A stretch of 64,000 nucleotides of DNA from Macrostomum lignano. Taxonomy: Eukaryota. Every line of letters begins with the position of its first letter. The first letter of the stretch is position 1. This document shows positions 11,914-22,681 of the stretch, in pieces. Location of the stretch: assembly GCA_002269645.1 (NCBI GenBank), contig NIVC01001848.1:62001-126000 (forward strand), given 5' to 3'. Below the pieces are notes generated by a model. It saw nothing but the letters and a program-made list of their open reading frames with translations. It made no database searches and was not told where the DNA came from. The position numbers and the translations under genes were made by a program.

Positions 11914-13045
11914 ATCTGTGTGCAGGACCAATGCTGTCAGTGCCAGTGTGGCTCAGAAACAACCTGGCAATATAACAAATACCATAGTCCACGATATTGT
12001 GCAGAAGATAGTACTTAACAATCATTGAATAGCCACATTCACATAAGGGGTATCATACTATGGAGTCTAAGTGCAGATATCCAGGTTAATTGCAGAGCTC
12101 AATACTTCGGTGGAGTCTGTCTGTCTTAAATGGACTGCGCTTTGTGGGGGTTGGCCCCACGGGTGTGAATCGCAGGACAACCCCAACCAATTTTTGTGCA
12201 CAAACTCCGAATGAATGTGGCCGCTCTAATCCTAGCCAAAGCCCAACCATGCTCTTTATACTTGTTTTCGAGGCTTATGTGTGTTGGTAGACAAATCGAA
12301 ACTATTTTGCGCATAGCCAACTATATTTAGCTTCATCGAGTTGTGAAGTCATGTGCCCGATTTTTCTATGTTGATTTCTTGGAATATCCGCGTGTTATCC
12401 AGGCCAAACTTGGCAAGTTCAACTGCCTGGAATAGCGCATTCTCTTTATATTTCACGCGGGCTTGTTCTAAAATTATACTTTAATTGCAGCCTTCTCATT
12501 GGCCAGTACAGTATAGTGCTGAGCGACACCCAACCTCCAATCCTTAACTGCCATTGCCCGCAACCCCATAAGTTCTGCTGTTAATAAATAACTGTTTAGC
12601 AAGGCCAGAATGGGCCAGGCTAAGTTCCCTTTTTGCTGCTGCCCCAAGTCTGCCGAGGCTTAAAGTGAAGTTTGCATTTCGCGCTAGCCATGGAGAATCT
12701 TGTAAGGATGTCCTACCTGTAAGTTTAAATTTCATTTGACTGGTATGAGCTGATTATTACCCTCAGTACCTGTGGCTTAGGATTTTTAGCCTTAATCTTT
12801 TCTTAGATTTTTCGAAGAGGCGGATTTAAGCGCCCCCGGTTTGTGGCTTGCAGTGGCAGTCCCAAGTAATCAATATTTAAGTATAAGTATAATACTGTAA
12901 ACGGACAAAGTGATTAAATCCAAATCAGAAAAAGACACACGAGTGCCAGAAAACACAAGCATACAACTATAAGTTGCCTGGCTAACTTCATACTATAAGC
13001 TCATGTCGTCATCAAAGAGGTCCTCATCGCTCTTCAGTTTGCTCA

Positions 13046-13543
13046 GTATGGCGCCCTTCTCGTGTATATTATGGCGCCCCTCTGGTCTACATTATGGCGC
13101 CCCTTTCGTTTATATTATGGCGCCCCTCTAGTGTATATTATGGCACCCCTCTCGTGCATGTTATGGCGCTCCTCTAGTGTATATTATGGCGCCCCTCTGG
13201 TCTACATTATGGCGCCCCTTTCGTTTATATTATGGCGCCCCTCTAGTGTATATTATGGCACCCCTCTCGTGCATGTTATGGCGCTCCTCTAGTGTATATT
13301 ATGGCGCCCCTCTGGTCTACATTATGGCGCCCCTTTCGTTTATATTATGGCGCCCCTCTCGTGTATGTTTTGGCGCCCCTCTAGTGTATATAATGGCGCC
13401 CCTCGGGTATTTTATGGCGCCCCTCGTCTATATTATGGCGCCCCTCTAATGTATATTATGGCATTCCTCGTGTATTTTATGGCGCCCCTCTAATGTATAT
13501 TATGGCATTCCTCGTGTATTTTATGGCGCCCCTCTCGTCTACA
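13046..13543. repeat. 23-bp minisatellite (core TATTATGGCGCCCCT) with a 115-bp (5 x 23) higher-order period
   Basis: Units are read directly. The same five-variant block recurs at 13062, 13177 and 13292. Confidence 0.93.
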
Positions 13544-13616
13544 ATAAAATAATAATTGCAATTGCCTGTATTCCAGCTGCGCAGGCGGCGCCACAGTTGC
13601 ACAAACAACCGGAGCA

Positions 13617-16600
13617 ATGTCGCAACCGATCAGTTCGCATAGCGGCAACAGTCGGGAGGAGATTCTAGTCCAAGAGTATCTAGTCCGCGCCAACCTGTAC
13701 CCCGCCTCGGAGTCCAGGCGTCTGCACAATCTGTCTCGCGATCCGCTTACAGACGAAGTGCTGAAAGCGCTGCTAGCTCTAACCGACGAATACGAGGCCA
13801 AGTTCAAGTCGCAGCTGGGCGAGCTGGCCGCCAGCTGGAACGTCGGCCGGGACAATCCTCGGTCCAGTTTTATCGAAGTGCTGGACACGGTTTTTCTAGA
13901 TGGCTGCAACTGGGGTCGGGTGGTGACCGTGTTTATCTTTATCGGCCTGTTTGTTAGAAAGTGCCAATCGGCCGGCTCGACGGTATCTGTCAGCGTTGAC
14001 GATGTCATCGACTGGTCGGCCGCTTATCTGCGCGACCGGCTCGGACAGTGGATTAGCGAGCACGAAGGATGGGTGAGGGTCTTTGCGAATATAGTGCTGC
14101 TTTTGGATCCTAAATATCGTGATTCGTTAGGATCGTGAGCCATTGGGATCGTGAGCCATTAGGACCGTGAACCATTGGGACCGTGAACCATTAAGATAGT
14201 GAACCATTAGGACCGTGAACCATTTAGATCGTGAATCATTAGGACCGTGAACCATTCAGATAGTGACTCATTAGGATCGTGAACCATTAAGATAGTCAAC
14301 CATTAGGACCGTGAACCATTAAGATAGTCAACCATTAGGACCGTGAACCATTTAGATCGTGAATCATTAGGACCGTGAACCATTCAGATAGTGACTCATT
14401 AGGATCGTGAACCATTAAGATAGTCAACCATTAGGACCGTGAATCATTAAGATAGTGAATCATTAGGACCGTGAACCATTAAGATTTTGAATCATTAGGA
14501 CCTTGAACCAATCAGATAGTGACTCATTAGGACCGTGAACCATTAAGATAGTCAACCGTTAGGACCGTGAACCATTAAGATAGTGAACCATTAGGACCGT
14601 GAACCATTAAGATAGTCAACCATTAAGATAGTGAACCAGTAAGATTTTGAATCATTGGACCTTGAACCAATCAGATAGTGACTCATTAGGATCGTGAACC
14701 ATTAGAATCGTTCACGATCAGAGCATTATGGAAACAATCATACATTGTGAATATTGCCGATTAGGAATCACAGATTATCTATATTTGTGAATATTTTAGA
14801 ATATTAGTGAACGCTGGCTAATTCGTATGCTTAGTGTATTGGAATGGAATGATACACTTAATATTTACTAACAAAAGCTAATACAGAGCTCACTAGAATT
14901 ACAAAAAATAACTTTTAATGACTGCTACGAGTATATTGTCACAATTGCCGCCGTCTATAAATAGATCTACAGCATAGGTATATTGTTACAATTAATAGGA
15001 CACAAAGAAATCAGGTTAGGGCTGCATGCAGCAATAACAACCGCCTGCAGAGCCAGATAAAGAAAGCGACTTGTTTTTGCGCCGGGTTTAACCAAAACTG
15101 CACCGCATTGCAGCTACTGAGAGTTGGGGTGAGTGTAGAGGCTTAATCAAGTTTTAAACTATAAATATACTTTGCTATCTCGTTTTGAAGCTAGCAGTTC
15201 TGCCTGTTTGTGTGTGACTCACTCAGCCTCTACTGTATGCACACCGTGCAGCCTTACCCTCATGCATTGCGCCGCCGGCCTTTTCAATGTTCCACCGCAA
15301 CAAAGACATGTCTGACCCGCGCCTGCCTCCAGTGTAGCACTAATCCCGATCCTCTTTCTCCCTGATCCATCCTGCGTGTATAAAATCCAAAGTCTGTATA
15401 AAACCTTGGGGGGGGGGGTTCGCTTCTTGAGCAGCTTGCTGTTAGATGAAGAAAGCTTTGCCGTGTAAACCTAACTATGAGTTTTTATATTGGCCACCTG
15501 TCGTGAGGATTTCATGGATTTATGACGATTCTGACACATTTAAACTGCCGTTGGATTATTTGCTTAGTCAATCGAATTCTGTACACAGATGTAGCTTTTA
15601 TATTAGATTTAAGCTTTGTATTCTATATGCATATAATAATAGAAAAGGCTTATTTCCTGAATGCTGCCCCTGCTTACTGCTTGGATGGCGCCACAAGCTT
15701 AGTCTCACAATGGCGCCACTGCTTAGTCTCAGAATGGTGCCACTGCTTAGTCCCAGAATGGCGCCACTGCTTAGTCTCAGAATGGTGCCACTGCTTAGTC
15801 TCAGAATGGCGCCACTGCTTAGTCTCATAATAGTGCCACTGCTTAGTCTCATAATGGTGCCACTGCTTAGTCTCATAATGGTGCCACTGCTTAGTCTCAT
15901 AATGGTGCCACTGCTTAGTCTCATAATGGTGCCACTGCTTAGTCTCATAATAGTGCCACTGCTTAGTCTCATAATGGTGCCACTGCTTAGTCTCAGAATG
16001 GCGCCAATGCTTAGTCTCCAAGATGGCGCCAATGCTTAGTCTCCAAGATGGCGCCAATGCTTAGTCTCCAAGATGGCGCCACTGGTTAGTCTCCAAGATG
16101 GCGCCAATGCTTAGTCTCCAAGTTGGCGCCAATGCTTAGTCTCCAAGATGGCGCCACTGGTTAGTCTCCAAGATGGCGCCAATGCTTAGTCTCCAAGATG
16201 GCGCCACTGGTTAGTCTCCAAGATGGCGCCAATGCTTAGTCTCCAAGTTGGCGCCACTGCTTAGTAACTAGAAGTTAATGTTCTGGTACTATATAATCTA
16301 GTCACAGTACTACCATCCAGTTAGCATAAGTTATTTGTTAGTAGGCTTAAATTCTAACACTTTTGCACGCGCTCCTCTTATATCGCGCAAGTATCAGATT
16401 TCCAGTTCAATAAAAAAATCAACTTAGACTGACAGTACACAGAATATAACTAACCGCACCACTCCAGAGAAGTCCCAGATCCTGTGACAGACGCCTTGTG
16501 TGGTAATACTATTTATTTCTCTTCATATTTGTCAGACTATTTTTTCTTGTCACATGACTAAGCCAGTTATTTATGATGCAAGCAAACATTTTTATTTTTG

Positions 16601-18323
16601 CCTGCTCTCTTAGCTGGCTTCGCTAGCTAATATTGGGGGGACAAAACAAACAATTGAAATGTCTGAGAAAAAAATGTGTTTATGCAAGCCGTTTAACCAG
16701 TGATATAACCAGTGCCTGGTTCTTTTCAATAGGACGCAGCATTAGAATTGCATATGTAGCAAGTGTGCTGCATTTGTATGTAACAAAAATTCGAAGGCAG
16801 ACAATTTTAGTATCCATTTAGCTGGCTCTTTTTTGCCTAAATTTTTCTATTCACGTGTAGTTGGGTTATTGGAATCAGGGAACTTCAGTATTGATATTCC
16901 TTCGCACTCATAGTGTTAATGCTTAGTCTCCAAGATGGCGCCACTGGTTAGTCTCCAAGATGGCGCCACTGCTTAGTCTCCAAGATGGCGCCACTGGTTA
17001 GTCTCCAAGATGGCGCCACTGGTTAGTCTCCAAGATGGCGCCACTGCTTAGTCTCCAAGATGGCGCCACTGGTTAGTCTCCAAGATGGCGCCACTGGTTA
17101 GTCTCCAAGATGGCGCCACTGGTTAGTCTCCAAGATGGCGCCACTGGTTAGTCTCCAAGATGGCGCCACTGCTTAGTCTCCAAGATGGCGCCACTGGTTA
17201 GTCTCCAAGATGGCGCCACTGCTTAGTCTCCAAGATGGCGCCACTGGTTAGTCTCCAAGATGGCGCCACTGGTTAGTCTCCAAGATGGCGCCAATGCTTA
17301 GTCTCCAAGATGGCGCCACTGCTTAGTCTCCAAGATGGCGCCACTGGTTAGTCTCCAAGATGGCGCCAATGCTTAGTCTCCAAGATGGCGCCACTGGTTA
17401 GTCTCCAAGATGGCGCCACTGGTTAGTCTCCAAGATGGCGCCACTGGCTAGTCTCCAAGATGGCGCCACTGCTTAGTCTCCAAGATGGCGCCACTGGTTA
17501 GTCTCCAAGATTGCGCCACTGGCTAGTCTCCAAGATGGCGCCACTGCTTAGTCTCCAAGATGGCGCCAATGCTTAGTCTCCAAGATGGCGCCACTGGCTA
17601 GTCTCCAAGATGGCGCCACTGGTTAGTCTCCAAGATGGCGCCACTGGTTAGTCTCCAAGATGGCGCCACTGGTTAGTCTCCAAGATGGCGCCACTGGCTA
17701 GTCTCCAAGATGGCGCCACTGCTTAGTCTCCAAGATGGCGCCACTGGTTAGTCTCCAAGATTGCGCCACTGGCTAGTCTCCAAGATGGCGCCACTGCTTA
17801 GTCTCCAAGATGGCGCCAATGCTTAGTCTCCAAGATGGCGCTACTGGCTAGTCTCCAAGATGGCGCCACTGGTTAGTCTCCAAGATGGCGCCACTGGTTA
17901 GTCTCCAAGATGGCGCCACTGGTTAGTCTCCAAGATGGCGCCACTGGCTAGTCTCCAAGATGGCGCCACTGGTTAGTCTCCAAGATGGCGCCACTGGTTA
18001 GTCTCCAAGATGGCGCCACTGGTTAGTCTCCAAGATGGCGCCACTGGCTAGTCTCCAAGATGGCGCCACTACTTAGTCCCCAGATACGAATTAGAGGATA
18101 TACGCATTTATTGCAAACCAGCCTCCCTCGGCTTATGCTGCTCACATTACCGCTCATATTCAAAATCAATCTTCTGCAGCTCGGTCTGGTGCACTTTTAC
18201 CGCGACGGCGACCCGGCCGGCCAGCTGGCCACGGAGGGCCGGATGTTCAAACGGCTGCTGACAGTGGCCGGAGCCAGTCTGGCCCTTCTGAGCCTCGGCT
18301 CCCTGCTGACCAACAGAGCCTGA
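13617..18323 (+). CDS. Bcl-2 family protein (multi-BH, C-terminal membrane anchor), 199 aa; exons 13617-14072 and 18180-18323
   Basis: BH3-like LLALTDEYE, BH1 FLDGCNWGRVVTVF and BH2 WISEHEGW|LGLVHFY, split by a phase-0 intron (GT at 14073, CTTCTGCAG acceptor ending 18179) at the position known from Bcl-2/Bcl-xL genes. Hydrophobic tail LLTVAGASLALLSLGSLLTNRA*. Confidence 0.92.
14130..14705. repeat. 16-bp minisatellite (GTGAACCATTAGGACC), about 36 copies, in the Bcl-2 intron
   Basis: Seen directly. Confidence 0.93.
15683..16264. repeat. Minisatellite grading from a 24-bp unit (GCTTAGTCTCATAATGGTGCCACT) to a 25-bp unit (TTAGTCTCCAAGATGGCGCCACTGG)
   Basis: Seen directly. The unit length switches near 16010. 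Confidence 0.95.
16919..18077. repeat. Highly homogeneous 25-bp minisatellite (TTAGTCTCCAAGATGGCGCCACTGG), about 46 copies
   Basis: Seen directly. Same family as 15683-16264, separated from it by ~650 bp of unique sequence. Confidence 0.96.
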
Positions 18324-18669
18324 GCTATCCTGGGGTGGGCTTCGCGCTAATTAAAAATAATTAGACAGTTATATAATCCGTTCTGTATTGTCATAATGTT
18401 TTATTTTCGTCGCTTTCGCTTAGCGTGCTTTATTTGTAGCCAAATTTTGTTAGTTTTATGAGAGCTGGAAATGTGCTCCGATGGGGTAGATTTTATTTGT
18501 TTAGAGAGCGTATGATTGTGTTTGATTTTTCTACTAAATTTATTTAGTTATTTATTGAAGTGTGGTTTTTTAAATATGCTGTTTTACTGATATTTAGTTT
18601 CTCACTTGGTCTTTGGGATACTCATCTTAATTTGCACCAATTTTATATGCTGACCAAGCGAGTACATTC

Positions 18670-18790
18670 GTCTTGGGATTCCCCCTGGCGGCCTTGGGAT
18701 TTCCCTTGTCAGCCTTGGGATTCTCTTTGTCGGCCCTGGGATTCCCCTTGACGGCCTTGGGATTCCCCTTGCCGTCATTGGAATTCCTCC
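18670..18790. repeat. 21-bp tandem repeat (CCTTGGGATTCCCCTTGTCGG-like), 5-6 copies
   Basis: GGGATT starts at 18675, 18696, 18717, 18738 and 18759. Confidence 0.85.
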
Positions 18791-19735
18791 TGTCATCTTT
18801 GGGGTTCCGGTCGTCCCATTGAGCTCTTATCTCAAATAATTTCCATCTAGCAGTTTTTAAAGAAATGCCGTACGCAGTTAATCTCAAATGGCCAAGTATT
18901 GTTCTTCATTACTATATTGTCCCATCTTGAAAGTCCCATCCATTTTTTCACAGTTATTCATGCAGTTTGTCTTCTTTAACCAAGTCATAATTTGTCGCTT
19001 AAGTGATGCTTATTCAAATTGTTTAGTTTCATTTTTATTGTCGCCAAGCCAACCGCAGATAGAGACAGAGACAAATAGCCTGCTGATGATGCTAAACAGT
19101 TTTCTCCAAGTTTATTTCGGCTATCATGATACTTTGCTTTGCTTATTTGTCTCTGCATCTTATTTTAATTATTTATGTCAAACTGAAACTGCCATGCGAT
19201 CCGATTCAGCACTCGTGCATTGTCTCCATCATGTTCTTTTTTCATTTTTATGCTGCTGCGGGTGTGCGCTCTCTTATTCTGTTCCCAAGTACTTACTTTC
19301 GGTGTATTTTATATTAATATAGCTGTATGTCCCACTCCAGTATAAGAAGTTTTAGCTGCATTTTTGTCCGAAACCCAACCCGTCTCTCTCTCTCATCAGG
19401 TTAATGTTTCTTTTTAAAGAATTCGCGCAACATTGTCTTTTACGCGTTTGCATAATTAGTATGAGTAATTTGCTTTGATCTGCTGGCTATTCAATTAGTA
19501 TATATTTTCAACAAACTCTTCTCCCCGTGAAAATACATCGTTTCTACATTATTAACAAGTCAAACTACTCGTCTATTTGATTTGCTGAAAGCATTTCGCC
19601 ACTGATACTACAAGTAAATTAACTATATGAGCCACTAATTTTTAGTAAAATTGCTTTCTATTTTCAGTTCAGTAGCAAAGATGAATACATAAGCTATTTT
19701 ATAAGAACAAAGGCAGCTGAAATGACTTTGATAAG

Positions 19736-20048
19736 TTTAGAAGCCCAAGCTTCAGGCGTAAACAGCTTGCTAATTGGTTCGGCAATAATGTACATTAGCC
19801 AGTCCACTGAAATGTACATGGCAGCTTAGACAGTTGAGCTGGAAGAAGGCAATAAAAATTGAGTAGCGGGTTGGGGTAGAAGAGGTTTCGTGTGGAAAGG
19901 CGCGTTTGGAGGGTTTAAGCTGGGAAGGAGGGATAAGAGCCAGAAAAGAGCATTAGCTTTAAAATTAAAAATACATTTAATTTGTTTTTGTTTAACGTAC
20001 TACTGAGCAGAAAGTAGCTTGCATACAGCACTGAATGGCCCATCTAGT
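19736..20048 (+). repeat. Dispersed repeat, copy 2 (copy 1 at 11605-11913)
   Basis: See copy 1. Confidence 0.85.
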
Positions 20049-22681
20049 TAATTCTAGCTGTTCCTCTGTTGTTCATTTTGGCCCCAACTTTAAACGAGCA
20101 TATTTAATTGTTACGAATTGCAGGTATTGCACAATATTTCCTAGGTAATAATTATGGCAATTATTTATTAGGTTCACCTGTGTATTTGGCTGGCCTAATT
20201 GTTATTTTCAACGCAGATTGGTTAATTATAAAGGCCATAATTTTTATTTAATGGCGCGTCGCAAAGTTCAGCTCGGTCATGTGGTCCAAAAAAGGAATTT
20301 TTATTTGCCAACAATATCGCATAGTACAATTTTATTATTATTATTTAATAGAATCTGCGCTGATAAATCGCGTTTTTGATGCGTTTTCAAGAGACCCAAA
20401 ACCTGCTAATTGGGCAGAAGTTTATAACAAACGAAATGAGAGTCAAGAGTCAAAGACACTCGCCCCGTCCTTATCACTATCAGTGTTTACTAACAAACTG
20501 AAGCTCCCGCGTGTACCCGCGCCGCAATGTCTTCTATATTATATATCCTTATTACAAAATATACGTCGATTTTACTTGAATTTATTAGCTAATTATTTTT
20601 ATTTACGTGTGTTTAAACTATTGCCCGATATCAATATGAAGTGCTGAAGAGAAGTCGACAGATTTAACCTTTTGTTTTTTTAGTTTTTTGTCTAACAATA
20701 GTACAGTGACGTGGGTAAATTTATATTAGATTTTATAGTTACAGTCGTACGCTCGTAACACGGATGTTTCCAATTTTAATCAAGATCTTAACTAAGATAA
20801 ACTTTCTATATTAAGGGCCAATACAAGATATTTAACAGCATATGTACACGTAAACTTGCTCGCCCATGCAATCTAATTACAATCGGATTTACGTGTAATA
20901 TATTAGTTCGCTTCTGAATTGACAGTCCAATATCTACAAAATATTATTGTAACGCATGTACAACTGAACGATTCGATGAGCGCATTAAGCCCGGTAACGC
21001 TTCTTTCCAAATTTAGAGGAAATTATTCGTTTCTAAATATTGAGAAAATTAACTTAAGTACGAAATATTTTCTTAAGCTAAGTTCATCAAATTGCACGTG
21101 TATTTAATTACATATCATGCAGTTTCGAGAGCTATTTTTTAATCCTAAGGACCAAATGGAAAAAATGAATGCATCTGTACATGTACCTGCATATATGCAC
21201 ATTAGTTGCTTCTTAATAAATTTAAGTAGTGCATGTACTAGGCATGCCTGTACATGTAAAAAAATATAAATATTTAAGGACAAATCTCGCCCGAATTTAC
21301 AGCTAGCTTAAATGTAAGTTGCTTTTCATTCTAGGTTCGATAAGGTTTAAGGGAGGTAGTTAGGTTTAATTGGAGAAGCTAGTGTATATCTGATTCTCAG
21401 AAAAGGTGTTCTGTAGCTTGTTCTCGTTCTGGTTTTATAAGAGTTCAATGATTATCGGGAAGCAAAACAGAACAAAAAGTTTATGGCCAAGGTAGAGGGC
21501 AGTACTGACTTGGTTTTCATCAAGTCAATAATTAAAAGTGAAAATGATATATAATATGCAAATGAGAAGAGCAAAAATGACGGCAAATTTGTTTTCATTA
21601 ACTGGGTGATGGTCGTTAGAACAGACAGTAATAATTGATTTCGTAAAAAGAATATCGTCTTTAAAGAATTTCAAAAGACGCTAAACATTTTGTCTTGCAG
21701 GAAAAAATTACAATATTTTACTTGAGGGACTTGGTTACCTCGAAAATTTTTACGCTTTGTTTAAATCAGTGTCACTAGGCATCATCGCTTCTGGGTAAAT
21801 TCAATCGTCTGCATAGAAAATTTTATTACATTCTCAAATTTCTTTTCAGTGTTAATTTTAACGGTTTAAAAACATAGTCTGCTGAAAATTGCAAATAATA
21901 GTTACGTTGCTTTTCTAGAATCATTCAAGCAGTTAGCTGTATGCAATACATACCTTTTTGTGACATGCATGAGAATTTGAATGCCTTACACAGATGAAGT
22001 AAATATATGTAGAATTTAATGTTCGTTATTTTTACTTAAAATCCTTAGTTAAAGAAAAATAAATATCTACAATCATTTTGTCTTCTTAGTTAGCAGCAAA
22101 TTTTTAATTGTATGAGTTAGTCTTAAGCTACCAATAAGCATGATGAAATTTTGAAACGTTTGCCTTTTTTGTTTGACTTTCAATTTTATTGTAATTGAAG
22201 AATTTTTAAGCAAAATGTCGACTAAAGTGTAACCTAAAGAAGTAAAAGCAATAATAATTTTGAAATAATATTTTAGTCTAAAACTGCAGCATTAAAATTA
22301 AGACCTTATTTGTTGTAACAGTAATTTATGCAAATAGAAACCAAAATAGAAATTTTTTATATTTTGAAATAAAAACCAACATAGCATGCTATTACTGCTA
22401 TGCAAAGCAATATAGCTAAGCATTTTTTGTGAAAGTAGTTTAAAAGAAGCAAAATTATATTTTTCGCTTTCTTTAAGCCCATTAAAATCAAGGATTTGTA
22501 TTTTGCACAACAAAAATACGTTTTATCCTTTAAACTGCTAATACTAAGCTTGTAAAACTTTCTAAAATAACTCTAAAAAATCATTTTATTCCCTTTAAGT
22601 GTGATGAACAATTGTCTCTGATTAACTGACTGAGCTGCAACCGACTTCGCAACTCCAATTGACGTCCTAATCAGCCAAGGA

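Noticed and set aside
13046-18077. CRISPR-like appearance of 23-25 bp repeats
   Set aside because: Units are directly adjacent with no unique spacers, there are no cas genes, and the context is a spliceosomal-intron eukaryote.
18627-18887. Minus-strand ORF with GNPKA heptad repeats
   Set aside because: It is the translation of the 21-bp tandem repeat, with no splice or start support.
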